Shown here: positions 21,388 to 31,728 of the stretch, one piece after another
Layout of the letters: each line of letters opens with the position of its first letter
How positions within the stretch are numbered: the first letter of the stretch is position 1
NCBI GenBank assembly: GCA_030748635.1
Contig: JASMLP010000027.1
Span: 1,227 to 65,226, forward strand
Direction of reading: 5' to 3'
From: Planctomycetota bacterium
GTDB lineage: Bacteria > Planctomycetota > JACQVV01 > JASMLP01
Length of the DNA stretch: 64,000 nt
Notes under the pieces: model-generated
Seen by the model: the letters and a program-made list of their open reading frames with translations, nothing else
What the model was told of the DNA's origin: nothing
Database searches by the model: none
Made by a program: the position numbers and the translations under genes

Positions 21388-22128
21388 TCACTTGGAATGA
21401 AGAATGCGATCTTGCAGGGTCTCGTAGGCGCCACGTGTCAGTGTCGATACCAGTCGACGTTCGGCTGCCGAAACGAACAGTGTCGCGACAGATGTCGTTT
21501 CGCTCCTCTCCAGAACCGCGGTGTCGATCAGGAATCCTGAACGAGGTTCAAGGAGGTAGGAAGAAATCCGAATCGTCACCTCGAGACGCTCGCTCGGGAT
21601 GAGAAAGAGGCCGAATCCGGTGATGTTGAGCGCATTCCAGGCAGTGGGACTGGCGTGGGATGCGTAATCGAACTCACACACCAAGAGAAGGTCGGCTCGG
21701 GCCTCCAGAGCCGCTTCACGGAGAGACAGCAGATTGGCGGGTCCACGGACCAGGAGGGGGGTCAGAATCGAGGCGAAGGCGAATCGGTCTTTTTGCAGCG
21801 ACAGTTGTTCGAGCAGAGGGCTGAGATGTCGGTTGGGTGTGTGTGAGGGGGGATCGAAGGGGGATTCGGCCGGTATGTGAGCTGGATCGGGGTGGGACCG
21901 TACGATTTCATAAGCGACCAGGCGCGCAGGACGGGGAATCTCCGGGGTCGACTCCGGGGTCGATGCGTTGTCTGTTCGGCGAGTTTCCATAGCCAGATAC
22001 CGCTCCATCCCTCCAGGTTGTCGGGCGGCAAAGTCGTGCCGATGGTTCGAACAACCGAGAAATGTAGATAGCGCCAGCAAGAGAGTAAGGAGTGAAGCGA
22101 GGTGGGGCATGACCCGACAGCATAGCAC
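21388..22128 (-). CDS. Hypothetical lipoprotein
   Basis: N-terminal signal with lipobox-like LSTFLGCS. No recognisable family. The start may be the second Met (22110). Confidence 0.45.
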   Translation of the reverse strand: MLCCRVMPHLASLLTLLLALSTFLGCSNHRHDFAARQPGGMERYLAMETRRTDNASTPESTPEIPRPARLVAYEIVRSHPDPAHIPAESPFDPPSHTPNRHLSPLLEQLSLQKDRFAFASILTPLLVRGPANLLSLREAALEARADLLLVCEFDYASHASPTAWNALNITGFGLFLIPSERLEVTIRISSYLLEPRSGFLIDTAVLERSETTSVATLFVSAAERRLVSTLTRGAYETLQDRILHSK

Positions 22129-22271
22129 GGTTGGGGAGTAGGCACCGGACTTCGATTTAGGGTTCCGGTGTCGCCAGGGAACAGAATCCGGATTTGATCT
22201 CGTGCTGAAGAGTTTTCAAACCTAAGAAATAGATCCTGGGGTTCTGTCGCTTGGGTGGAAGCTGCCAGTTC

Positions 22272-24005
22272 TCAGTCCGTAGGTCGTGCTTCGTTTTCAA
22301 ACCGAATCATTTTTCGTTTCAGGGCGTAACGGCTGATCCCAAGGAGATCGGCCGCGCGGGACCGATTCCCGCCGGTATTTTCCAGGGCACGATGGATCTC
22401 TTCCCGTTCAATTCGTTCCAGAAGAGGGCCCAGATGGCGAATCGTTTCAGAATGGGCTATATCCTGCGACAAAAGCCCCGAGGAGGGGGAATCGAGGACG
22501 ATCTTCTCGAGTGGACCTCCGGAGGGCGCGAGGGCCGCGCTTCGAGCGATTACGTTTTGAAGTTCACGGATGTTTCCCGGCCAGGTGTGTTTGTTCAAGG
22601 CCTCCTGGGCTCTTGGAGTGAATTTCAGGCGGTTTTGTCTGGGTCGGTTTCTGTTTTCGGCTTCAAGAAAATGGTGGGCCAAAAGCGAGATGTCACCGGG
22701 GCGGTCTCGTAGGGGCACCAGGTGGATGGTCATTCCGCTCAGTCGGTGAAAGAGGTCATCGCGAAAGAATTCCATTTCTTGTCCTGGGTGAAGGTTTCGA
22801 TTGCTGGCCGCGATAATCCGGACATCGAAGGGGATGGTGGATTTTCCTCCTACTCTGCGAACCTCTTTTTCCTGGAGGGCGCGGAGCAGTCTGGTTTGCA
22901 TTTGGATCGGCATATCTCCGATCTCGTCCAGGAACAGAGTGCCACCCTCTGCTCTTTCGAAAAGACCAGCTCGATCTTGATGGGCACCGGTATAAGCCCC
23001 TTCGACATGCCCAAAGAGCTCACTTTCGAGGAGAGAGGGGTTCAAAGCGGCGCAGTTTTCCGAAATAAATGGGCCGTTGTGACGAGGACTGGCCCGGTGC
23101 AAGGCGCGGGCTACCAGTTCCTTGCCGGTACCGCTTTCTCCCAGGATGAGGACCGAAAGATCGGTCGGCGCGATGCGTTCCAGTGTCAAGTAAAGTGTCT
23201 CCATCGGTTCACTTTGACCGATCAGGTCGGCAAATCCGTCAGGAGTTCGGAGTCGGGAAGGTCCTTGCTGGAGCAGATGGTGGACCTGGGTCAGCTCTTC
23301 GTTCTGTTCGTCGACGGTGTCCTGGAGGTCTCGATTCACGGTTTCCAGGTGAGACCGGACCTGGTCGTGGAGATAGGCTCGTTCCAGGGCGGTGCCGACC
23401 TGGGCGGCGAAGGCTTCGATCAGCGCGCAGTGAGAAGTGTTGAACGCTTCACGAGAAAATCGGTTGTCGAGATACAGGGCTCCCATGGACGATTTCGTGG
23501 CAGGAATCGGTACACAGAGGATCGAGCGGAGTCGAAGTTCCCGAATGGATGGAATCGATGCCCACTGGGGGTCGGTGGTGGCATTTCCGGTCAGGATCGG
23601 CTGGCCCGTCTGGATCACCTGGTTAGCCAGGGTTGAGCTGATTTCGAGGTCCGGGCTGGAAATGTCTCGCTGGTCGAAATGACGGGCGACCTGGACGCAC
23701 GAAGTTTCATCTCCTTGGGGGTTATAGAGGAGAAAAGCCCTTTCAGCCCCGGTAAATGAAAGGGCGGTGTCGAGAATCTGCTCGAGAAGGTCGGGAAGAG
23801 GGGTTGGCGCGCCCAGCTTACGGCTGATCTCAAGAAGTGAACGAAGGTTCTCGTTGTCGCGCCGAAGAGCCTCGAAAAACGAGAGACCAGCCTTTTCGCA
23901 GGTGTCCAGGAACTCCTCCGCTACCGCCAGATCGCGTTCGGTGGCGATTCCTACGAAGAGATTCTGGGACCGAGCGGTCAATGTTTTTAAGCGTTTACGG
24001 TCCAT
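22272..24005 (-). CDS. Sigma-54-dependent transcriptional activator (GAF + AAA+ sigma-54 interaction domain + Fis-type HTH)
   Basis: [19 protein letters not shown] (Walker A). GAFTGA motif. [32 protein letters not shown]-terminal [23 protein letters not shown]. Confidence 0.9.
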   Translation of the reverse strand: MDRKRLKTLTARSQNLFVGIATERDLAVAEEFLDTCEKAGLSFFEALRRDNENLRSLLEISRKLGAPTPLPDLLEQILDTALSFTGAERAFLLYNPQGDETSCVQVARHFDQRDISSPDLEISSTLANQVIQTGQPILTGNATTDPQWASIPSIRELRLRSILCVPIPATKSSMGALYLDNRFSREAFNTSHCALIEAFAAQVGTALERAYLHDQVRSHLETVNRDLQDTVDEQNEELTQVHHLLQQGPSRLRTPDGFADLIGQSEPMETLYLTLERIAPTDLSVLILGESGTGKELVARALHRASPRHNGPFISENCAALNPSLLESELFGHVEGAYTGAHQDRAGLFERAEGGTLFLDEIGDMPIQMQTRLLRALQEKEVRRVGGKSTIPFDVRIIAASNRNLHPGQEMEFFRDDLFHRLSGMTIHLVPLRDRPGDISLLAHHFLEAENRNRPRQNRLKFTPRAQEALNKHTWPGNIRELQNVIARSAALAPSGGPLEKIVLDSPSSGLLSQDIAHSETIRHLGPLLERIEREEIHRALENTGGNRSRAADLLGISRYALKRKMIRFENEARPTD

Positions 24006-24190
24006 CGGCAGGAAAGAACCCGGAGGTTGCGTGGAATAGAAAAACTTCCTGAATCCTACCTTGGGGGGTGCGACAGTTGCCAGCAGGGACTTGACGGATT
24101 CCCCCGCTACGACTTCTAATGTCCGCCCCTGTGGCCCGATGGGTCATATTTGTTGAGGATTGTGCACCGGGATATTTGTCGGAGTTTGCC

Positions 24191-25324
24191 ATGTTGCTAC
24201 GTCATCTGATTTTCATGTCATGGATCGGGCTGGGAATGTCGTTTTTTGGGCTCCAAGCTCAAGAAGAATCCAAATCGAATTCAAATGAAGTCCAGACTGA
24301 AAAAACGAAACTCACACCTCTGATCTATTCGTTAGAAAAAGGGGATGAATTGCGATATCAAATCACGTCGGAATGGTCTCAGGAATCTGGCGGTACGGAA
24401 TCGGATGGCGATGAGGACAAAGCTGCTGATTCGCCAAGTTCGGATCATTCATCAGCCCCTTCTTCCCATCGTCTGGAGCACATGACGGTGGAAAATTGGA
24501 AGGTTATCGATGTGGATGAGAAGGGAAACCGAACCATTCGGATCACCATTGACGATGTGTCGGTGCGAGAGGAGAGCGAAGAGGAGTCCAACTCATTCGA
24601 GGCGAAGGACCTGGATGACGAAGCTCGAAAAGCCGAACTGGCTCGGAAGCCGGGTCTCGCTGTACCGATCGCGATGAAGGGGGAGTCGGTTACGATTCAG
24701 ATCACGCCTACGGGAACCGTCATTTCGGTCCTTGGCGGGGCGAAAATCCGTACCCGGGTGATCGACGCGCTCAAGTCGATCGGTATCGACGAGAAATGGT
24801 CGAAAAAATCGGTCGCTACCTTGCTCTCGGATAAAGCTTTTTCTTCTCGGTTCACCCGTACGCTGGCATTGGGACCGAAGACCGGCGACGGAGTCGCGGT
24901 GGGTCAGGAGTGGAGTCGGAAATTCTCGCGTTCTTTGGGAGCCTTGGGGGAACTCGATGAGGTGGCGCGTTTCAAACTGCATGCTCTGGACGATTCATCC
25001 GCCGATCTGGAGGTTCGTTCTCGGATGGAGTTTCGTCCGGGGAAAGATCAGGATCGTTTGAAAGGTCACGCGGTCGAGATCGAGGTGGATTCCGCTGAAA
25101 CCAGCGGTGGGGCAGAAGTGTTCGGCACCGCCATATTCGATATTCAGCGAGGTTGCCTCAAACGTCGTCGGACCGAGTTGGTGATGACCACGACTTTTTT
25201 CAGCAAAATGGGGCGGGTCAGGCATCGGGAAGTGGTGCGATCCCGGGAGTCACGTAAAATCGAACTCACCCATTTTCAAAAAGCTGGGTCCGAACCTTCT
25301 GTTGGCGAACCAGAGAAGAAATGA
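24191..25324 (+). CDS. Secreted hypothetical protein
   Basis: Signal peptide MLLRHLIFMSWIGLGMSFFGLQAQEE (ORF track start 24119). Acidic Ser-rich N-terminal region. No family recognised. Confidence 0.5.
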   Translation: MLLRHLIFMSWIGLGMSFFGLQAQEESKSNSNEVQTEKTKLTPLIYSLEKGDELRYQITSEWSQESGGTESDGDEDKAADSPSSDHSSAPSSHRLEHMTVENWKVIDVDEKGNRTIRITIDDVSVREESEEESNSFEAKDLDDEARKAELARKPGLAVPIAMKGESVTIQITPTGTVISVLGGAKIRTRVIDALKSIGIDEKWSKKSVATLLSDKAFSSRFTRTLALGPKTGDGVAVGQEWSRKFSRSLGALGELDEVARFKLHALDDSSADLEVRSRMEFRPGKDQDRLKGHAVEIEVDSAETSGGAEVFGTAIFDIQRGCLKRRRTELVMTTTFFSKMGRVRHREVVRSRESRKIELTHFQKAGSEPSVGEPEKK

Positions 25325-25377
25325 TCGATCCTGGACAAGAGGTCGTTCAGGCGGCCTTTTCACTTAGGAGAGTTTTC

Positions 25378-27234
25378 ATGAATTTGCTTTCATCCCGTGG
25401 GCGGCGTTGTTTCGGTATAGCCCTTCTGGGGCTTTGGGCGGTCTCCACCTGGTGTGTGGCCGAAGAGTCGCTAGAAACCCCTTTCGACCCCGCCAGCGCC
25501 TACCGCTCCATTCAATCCAAAGAGTTGATGGAGCATATCCAGTTTTTGGCTTCCGATCAGTTGGAAGGCCGGGATAGTGGAAGTCGGGGTGAACTCGCAG
25601 CTGCTCGCTATCTGGCCAGACAATTCGGTCGGTACGGTTTACGTCCTGTCGGCGATCAAGGGACCTACTTCCAGCATTTTGGCTTTGAGGCCACCCGAAC
25701 GGTAGGAGCGGGTAGCCTGGTGAGATTTGCAGTCGGGGATGAGACAATCCGGGTCGATCCACAGACCGGATTCACTCCCTTCGGTTTCAGCGCCAGCAGG
25801 GAGGTTTCTGGAAAACTCGTATTTGCGGGTTACGGGGTGACCAGCAAGAAGCCGGTTTATGACGATTACTCGGGGATTGATGTGAAGGGGAAGATCGTTT
25901 TGCTTTTGCGGTATGTCCCCCAGTCGAAAGATAAAAACGGCGCCTTTTCACCTTCGCGACGGAATCGTCACGCTTTTTTCATCAACAAGGCGCGAAACGC
26001 GCAGGCTCATGGAGCTCTTGGCGTGATTGTCGTGACCGGACCCGTCCATCAGGATCAAGAGAAGAAGGATCCCTTGGCGGGAACGGTTGGCAATGAAACC
26101 GGGATCGATATCCCTGTCGTCCATATGAAGAGGTCGGTCGCAGAAAAACTGTTCCGTTTCGCTGGCCGGGATCTGCATAAAATTCAGGCGGAGGTTGATG
26201 AGTCCCTGAGTCCTCAATCGTTTGAATTGAAGGGAATCGAGGCTTCTCTTGATGTCCAGGTCGAACGGGCTCAGGTTCGCACCCGGAATGTGGTCGGTTT
26301 TCTGGAGGGGAGTGATCCGAAACTACGAGAAGAGGTTTTGATTATCGGAGGTCATTTCGATCACGTGGGATATGGGCATTACGGATCTCGCCAGGGGCAT
26401 CGAGGAAAAATTCACAATGGGGCTGACGATAACGCTTCTGGAACCAGTGCGATTCTGGAACTTGCCGAGGCGTTTTCGAGACTGGAAACGGCTCCTAGGC
26501 GATCGATTTTGTTCCTCCTGTTCAGTGGTGAAGAGCGAGGACTGCTGGGGTCCAAGTATTACGTGGACCATCCTCTGATTCCGCTGAAAAAGACGGTGGC
26601 GATGATCAACCTCGATATGGTGGGTCGTGGAAAAGGGGACGCGTTTACGGTTTTTGGCACGGGTACCAGTCCTTCCTTCGAGTCGCTTCTCAAGGGGATC
26701 AACGCCCGGACGGAGCACGATATTAAGTACCGCCCCGAGGGAACGGGTCCCAGCGACCATTCCAGTTTCTATCACAAAGGAGTTCCGGTTCTGTTTTTTC
26801 ATACCGGCTTGCATCCCGATTACCACACGCCGGCGGACGATTGGAACAAGATCAATGCTCACGGTTGTGAGGTGGTGACTCGATTTATCTATTTGACCGC
26901 TTACTATCTGGCGGTTGTCAGCGATGAAAGACCGGGTTTTAGTAAATCGGAATCCCCGCGCAAGAAAAGAGTGATGCTCGGTGTGCGGCCGGGCGATTCC
27001 GTAGAAAAAGATGAGGGATTTCGGGTCGGAGAGATTGTCAAAGGGTCTGCCGCGGAAAAGGCCGGACTTCGGAAAGGGGATCTGATCTTCCGGATCGGAA
27101 GCGCGAAGATTCGAAATTTCGAAGATCTGGCAAGCGCTATCGGGAAGTTGAAAATAGGTCAGAAGGTTCCAGTCGAGATTCAAAGGGCGGGGGAACGTAA
27201 AGTGATTTCGGTAACCCTGGGTTCTTCGAAGTGA
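25378..27234 (+). CDS. Secreted M28 family peptidase with PA domain and C-terminal PDZ domain
   Basis: RBS aggagag 6 nt before the ATG at 25378. Signal peptide MNLLSSRGRRCFGIALLGLWAVSTWC. M28 motifs HFDHVGYGH, HNGADDNASG, FSGEERGLLGS, MINLDMVGRG. PDZ GEIVKGSAAEKAGLRKGDLIFRIG. Confidence 0.85.
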   Translation: MNLLSSRGRRCFGIALLGLWAVSTWCVAEESLETPFDPASAYRSIQSKELMEHIQFLASDQLEGRDSGSRGELAAARYLARQFGRYGLRPVGDQGTYFQHFGFEATRTVGAGSLVRFAVGDETIRVDPQTGFTPFGFSASREVSGKLVFAGYGVTSKKPVYDDYSGIDVKGKIVLLLRYVPQSKDKNGAFSPSRRNRHAFFINKARNAQAHGALGVIVVTGPVHQDQEKKDPLAGTVGNETGIDIPVVHMKRSVAEKLFRFAGRDLHKIQAEVDESLSPQSFELKGIEASLDVQVERAQVRTRNVVGFLEGSDPKLREEVLIIGGHFDHVGYGHYGSRQGHRGKIHNGADDNASGTSAILELAEAFSRLETAPRRSILFLLFSGEERGLLGSKYYVDHPLIPLKKTVAMINLDMVGRGKGDAFTVFGTGTSPSFESLLKGINARTEHDIKYRPEGTGPSDHSSFYHKGVPVLFFHTGLHPDYHTPADDWNKINAHGCEVVTRFIYLTAYYLAVVSDERPGFSKSESPRKKRVMLGVRPGDSVEKDEGFRVGEIVKGSAAEKAGLRKGDLIFRIGSAKIRNFEDLASAIGKLKIGQKVPVEIQRAGERKVISVTLGSSK

Positions 27235-27308
27235 TCGGTTCGACCCTTTGGGAAAAGGTGGTCAGAAAGAATTGGGTGTGTTCGCGATCGTCTTCGAGGA
27301 AGAGGGGC

Positions 27309-28868
27309 ATGTGGTGGAGTCCTCTGGTCCTATGCGTGTGGATGGGGTGTGGGCCGGTGCTCGACCGAACGATCGAGCAAGACGCGCTGGCCAGGATCGA
27401 AAGAGAAGATCTTCGGGCTCATGGGAGTTTGCTGGCTGACGATTCGATGGCTGGGCGATCGGCGGGAAGTGAAGGGGGTCGACGGGCCGGAGACTATATT
27501 GCGGAACGGATGCGAACGTTGGGGCTGGAGCCGGCAGGACCGGATGGTTCCTGGTTTCAGGAGGTACCGTTTGTGGATGCGGTCTCCTTGACAACCACCT
27601 CGCTGCTCAGAGTCCGGATTCAGGAGGAGTGGGTGAGCTTGGAGTTGGGTCGTGATGCGACCGCCTACGGGTGGGGTGGAAATGGCCGTTTCAATGCGCC
27701 GATGGTCTTCGCGGGGTACGGGATTTCCAGTCAGTCGCCGCAATATGATGATTACGCGGGTGTCGATGTTCGGGATCGTGTGGTCCTTGTTTTGACCGGT
27801 GGACCTCGTCTCGGAGATCCCGAAGGGCCCTTCGGAAAGGATCGAAGCGATCACTCTGTCCTGGCCAAGGCCCGACGGGCTCAAAATCTTGGCGCGGTCG
27901 CTTTGCTGGTTATCAGCGATCCGCTGCGTAATGATGGAGATGGTGATTTGCTTACCGGGTTGGGTGGTCCCGGGCCCAAGGTGGATATACCCGTCTTGCA
28001 TGTCAAGCGTTGGTTGGGAGAGAGGATACTCAAAGGTAGGAGTGGCGGTCTTCTGGCGTGGCAGGAAAAGATCGAGAGGTCCTTCCGGCCCGACTCCGCG
28101 GACCTTTCATCGGTCCATTGTGAGGGGCGGATTCAGATCCGTCGGGTTCAGAAGACAACACGGAATGTCATGGGAATGCTGAAAGGTCGGGACCGTTCAC
28201 GAAAAAACGAGGTCCTTCTCCTTGGGGCTCACTACGATGCGATTGGACGTGGACGTTTCGGTTCCAGAACACCGGTTCCCGGTGGACGGGTTCATAATGG
28301 AGCCGACGATAACGCTTCGGGTGTGGCCAGTCTTCTGGAACTGGCAGAAGCGTTGTGTGGGTTGCCACGCTCTCCTAGACGTTCCCTCCTCTTCGTCTTT
28401 TTTGGAGCCGAAGAACGCGGATTGATCGGGAGCACCTACTATGTGGAGCACCCGGTCGTCCCTCTCGAGCAGACGGTGGTCATGGTGAACCTGGATATGA
28501 TCGGTCAGGGGCCGGTTGGGCGTCTTGGGGTCTGTGGAGTGGGTACCGCTCGCGGTTTCGAAGGGTTGTTACGCTCTCAGGCCAGAAAATCGGGTATGAG
28601 GTTGGTGATGGCTCGTTCGGGAATGGCTCCCACCGACAGTCGACCGTTTTATCAGCGAGAGGTCCCGGTCCTGTTTTTCAGCACGGGACTTCACGATCGT
28701 TATCACACGGTGCTCGACGATTGGGAGTGGATCGATCTGGAAGCCTGTCGAGTCGCGACCCGGTTTGTGTTCGGGGTGGTCTGGCATCTGGCAGAAGTGC
28801 GTAGTCGATATCGGTATCAGGCGGGCGAAGGTGTGGATTACCTGAAGGTCTTACGGATGAATCGATAA
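27309..28868 (+). CDS. Secreted M28 family peptidase with PA domain (tandem paralog)
   Basis: RBS gaggaagagggg before the ATG at 27309. Signal peptide MWWSPLVLCVWMGCGPV. M28 motifs HNGADDNASG, FFGAEERGLIGS, MVNLDMIGQG. Confidence 0.85.
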   Translation: MWWSPLVLCVWMGCGPVLDRTIEQDALARIEREDLRAHGSLLADDSMAGRSAGSEGGRRAGDYIAERMRTLGLEPAGPDGSWFQEVPFVDAVSLTTTSLLRVRIQEEWVSLELGRDATAYGWGGNGRFNAPMVFAGYGISSQSPQYDDYAGVDVRDRVVLVLTGGPRLGDPEGPFGKDRSDHSVLAKARRAQNLGAVALLVISDPLRNDGDGDLLTGLGGPGPKVDIPVLHVKRWLGERILKGRSGGLLAWQEKIERSFRPDSADLSSVHCEGRIQIRRVQKTTRNVMGMLKGRDRSRKNEVLLLGAHYDAIGRGRFGSRTPVPGGRVHNGADDNASGVASLLELAEALCGLPRSPRRSLLFVFFGAEERGLIGSTYYVEHPVVPLEQTVVMVNLDMIGQGPVGRLGVCGVGTARGFEGLLRSQARKSGMRLVMARSGMAPTDSRPFYQREVPVLFFSTGLHDRYHTVLDDWEWIDLEACRVATRFVFGVVWHLAEVRSRYRYQAGEGVDYLKVLRMNR

Positions 28869-28929
28869 CGGGGCGGAGTCGAGAGATCTGCCCGCGTGAA
28901 CGGTTTCAGGAGACTCTCTGTTAAAGATT

Positions 28930-30201
28930 TCAATCCAGAGTGTGACGTTTGAGTTTCGAGTAGAGAGAACTTCGTTCGATACCCATCAGGCGAGCGGCGA
29001 GACTCTTGTTGCCTTCAGCGATTTGTAATACCCGTAGGATGTGATTCCGCTCCACTGCAGTCAGTTCCAGCGATGCTGGATCGGAAGCGGTGTCCTGGTG
29101 CCAGGACACATCGGGGTGGCCCTGAAACGGATTCTTCTCGGTGTGACCGAGAAGGAGGACGCGATCCACCAGATTGAAAAGTTCGCGGACATTTCCGGGC
29201 CAGGAATAAGCGAACAGTCGGTTGAACGCTTCTTGAGTGAAAAGAGATTTCCAGGAATGGATTTGAGGGTGATTAACGTTCAGATGGTTTTGAATGAGTA
29301 TGGGGAGATCTTCGGTGTGTTCTCGAAGTGGGGGGACGTGGATCGGAATCACATGCAGTCGAAAAAATAGATCTTCCCGAAATCGACCCGCGTCGATCTC
29401 TTCTCGGAGATCAAGGGTGGTTGCTGTCAGGATGCGGGCGAGGTTGGGAATCGGTTGACGACCGCCCACCCGAGTGAATTCTTTTTCGGCCAGAACGCGA
29501 AGAAGACGATTTTGCAGGGAGACATCGAGTCCAGTGATTTCATCCAGGAACAGGGATCCGGTATCCGCGAGTTCAAAATACCCGGGACGTTGCTGATGGG
29601 CGCCAGTGAAAGCGCCTTGCTCATGGCCGAACAGTTCACTTTCAAGGAGGGATGAACTCAGGGTGCCACACGACACCGGGAGGAAAGGAGAGTTTTTGCG
29701 AGCACTATAGGCGTGGAGAGTGCGGGCGATAAGCTCCTTGCCGGTGCCGTTTTCTCCCTGGATAAGAACCGGAAGATCGCTGCGAGTTGCGAGCGCAATG
29801 TGGTCGAACAACTTGCACATACGGGGGCTTTGGCCGACGAGTATCGAGGGAGGAGAGGTCGTCAGGCAGGTTCGGTACACTTCGTCGGGAATGGGGAGGT
29901 CGCTTTTGAGAAAGTAAAACGCTGAACGACCGATCTGCAGGATATCGCCCGGCTGTAAGGAGTGGTGACAAAGCGGGAGTCCGTTGACTGAAATCCGATT
30001 CGATTCGTTGGGGGTCTGGATTTCGAAACCGTTTCCGGCTTTACGGATAACAGCGTGTTCGGAGAGTAGATCTGGATCGTCCAGATGGATGGAGCAAGCC
30101 GGATTTTGGCCCATGCGAAAGGAACGGCCCCGGAGTTGGAAGGACCTCCCTCTCGCTGGTCCGTGAATTCCGATCAGGTGGAAGGCGAGCGCTCGAGACA
30201 T
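28930..30201 (-). CDS. Sigma-54-dependent transcriptional activator with N-terminal FHA domain
   Basis: FHA FHLIGIHGPARGRSFQLRGRSFRMGQNPACSIHLDDPDLLSEHAVI..ISVNGLPL. AAA+ VLIQGENGTGKELIARTLH, GAFTGA, LFLDEITGLDVSLQNRLLRVL. HTH SLAARLMGIERSSLYSKLKRH. Confidence 0.9.
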   Translation of the reverse strand: MSRALAFHLIGIHGPARGRSFQLRGRSFRMGQNPACSIHLDDPDLLSEHAVIRKAGNGFEIQTPNESNRISVNGLPLCHHSLQPGDILQIGRSAFYFLKSDLPIPDEVYRTCLTTSPPSILVGQSPRMCKLFDHIALATRSDLPVLIQGENGTGKELIARTLHAYSARKNSPFLPVSCGTLSSSLLESELFGHEQGAFTGAHQQRPGYFELADTGSLFLDEITGLDVSLQNRLLRVLAEKEFTRVGGRQPIPNLARILTATTLDLREEIDAGRFREDLFFRLHVIPIHVPPLREHTEDLPILIQNHLNVNHPQIHSWKSLFTQEAFNRLFAYSWPGNVRELFNLVDRVLLLGHTEKNPFQGHPDVSWHQDTASDPASLELTAVERNHILRVLQIAEGNKSLAARLMGIERSSLYSKLKRHTLD

Positions 30202-30218
30202 TCTGACTGGGGAGGTTA

Positions 30219-31610
30219 CTACTTCAGGGTGATGTTACGGATCTGGACTTCAGAAGGCGTATGCATGAAGAATGCCGGTTTCGCCGGGCCGTCGAGCGGT
30301 CCGGAAAAACTGTTCGGATCGATGGTCCCGTATTGTTCATTGATCCAGAAGTGGAGATTGCCATCCTGGATAAGGAATATAATTCGGTTCCAGCCCTGGA
30401 TATCACCCTTCTCACGAATCAAATCCGAGAGATTGACGCTGGCGACCGGACCGGAGGCGTTTTGCTGGGTAAAAAGCTGGAGGTGGATGTGGTCCTTGAT
30501 CACTCGATGTTCAAAGGCGATTTGGGTGCAGGTGGAGGGGGTTTGGCTGACCAGAAAGTGATTTTCTGAATCGTCAGACTTTCCGGTAATGGTGGCTTCT
30601 CCTGGAGAACTGGAGAGAGTCCAGTACTTCATCAAGTCATTTTGACCGGCATCGGACCATTCGATTTTGGTTGTCCAGGAAGAGTCTGGCCGAGGTTTTG
30701 AAGGAGGAGATGAATTGGGTGGGGGGGCTTGGGGCGGGCGAACCGTTCGGATACGGGATCGCTCCGATTTGATCTTCTCTTCGATTCGACCGAAATTGTA
30801 TTCGGGGGGGAACTTGCTCCAGTGGATTCGGGCTAGCTGGGTATCGCCCCGAGCCAGAGCCTTATCGGCTCTTTCTTTCTGCTGGCGAAAGAACACCATG
30901 CCCTGTTCTTCATATTTTGCCTTCAGCGTATGGTGACGTTTCTGAGCTTTCTCTCGGTACGGACTTTTCCTGGGCAGGCCACGTTCGGTCCGTAACCAGA
31001 GTGCCAGGATTTCTTGAAAACGGTCCGGGCGGGTCCCTTTCTCCAGCAATTTTTGTTGGGCCTCCATTTCCAGAAAGAGCGACTTGCCGGGAGGGGAACT
31101 GTTTTTTGGGGGGGGCGGTTTCGGTGCGCGGGGGCGCGGTCTGGGTTTTTTGGATGCGGTGTGTTTCGACGAAGAGGATGAAGAGGACGCGGAGGAAGTC
31201 GCGTTCCCTCCAAAAGGGATCTGGGCTTTGGGGGCTCGTTTGAGATAGAGGATAAGGCTAAAAGTGAAGAAAATTGCGCCGCAGGACATCATCAGATAGC
31301 CGATGGCTTTCCGGTCGGACTTTTTGCCCGGTTTGTAGGGGGGGGTCGGTACTCCGCGATTTGATAACGTTTTGACAGAAGGGTTGGAAGCGCGCTTTTG
31401 TGCGGCTCCCCGACCGGTAGGAGGGCGTCGGGGCGCCCCAGGCGCCTGAGGCGCGCTGGCAGGCTGGGTCGGAGATTGCGCTCCGCTAAGGTTGGGCTTG
31501 CACGAGTGGCAGTACGTGACTTCCTGATGAGTGACCGCACGCCCGGATTCGAGTTCTTCGGGAGAAACTCTTTCGCCGCACTGATCGCAATAACGAATAC
31601 GAAGACCCAA
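30219..31610 (-). CDS. Membrane protein: N-terminal C4 zinc ribbon, Pro-rich linker, TM, C-terminal jelly-roll (DUF1080/LamG-like) domain
   Basis: CDQCGERVSPEEL..CHSCKPN. Low-complexity PTQPASAPQAPGAPRRPP. TM IGYLMMSCGAIFFTFSLILYL. The C-terminus ending ..EVQIRNITLK resembles the DUF1080 terminus. The domain assignment is tentative. Confidence 0.5.
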   Translation of the reverse strand: MGLRIRYCDQCGERVSPEELESGRAVTHQEVTYCHSCKPNLSGAQSPTQPASAPQAPGAPRRPPTGRGAAQKRASNPSVKTLSNRGVPTPPYKPGKKSDRKAIGYLMMSCGAIFFTFSLILYLKRAPKAQIPFGGNATSSASSSSSSSKHTASKKPRPRPRAPKPPPPKNSSPPGKSLFLEMEAQQKLLEKGTRPDRFQEILALWLRTERGLPRKSPYREKAQKRHHTLKAKYEEQGMVFFRQQKERADKALARGDTQLARIHWSKFPPEYNFGRIEEKIKSERSRIRTVRPPQAPPPNSSPPSKPRPDSSWTTKIEWSDAGQNDLMKYWTLSSSPGEATITGKSDDSENHFLVSQTPSTCTQIAFEHRVIKDHIHLQLFTQQNASGPVASVNLSDLIREKGDIQGWNRIIFLIQDGNLHFWINEQYGTIDPNSFSGPLDGPAKPAFFMHTPSEVQIRNITLK

Positions 31611-31728
31611 CCGAATTCTCCCCGCTTATGGTGTCAATTCGGAGACCGAGCGAACCCAGAGGAATTGCTCGGAAAGACGGAAAACGCTACCCATATCGTA
31701 AGAGTATCCGATCCCACTCGACTCCAGG

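Noticed and set aside
24006-24190. Sigma-54 (-24/-12) promoter upstream of the secreted protein/M28 block. A TGGCAC at 21112 was also considered.
   Set aside because: The TGGCAC occurrences lack a TTGC element at the required 5-nt spacing. The best candidate in the 24006-24190 leader (tGtGCAC-N5-TTTGt) is too degenerate to call.
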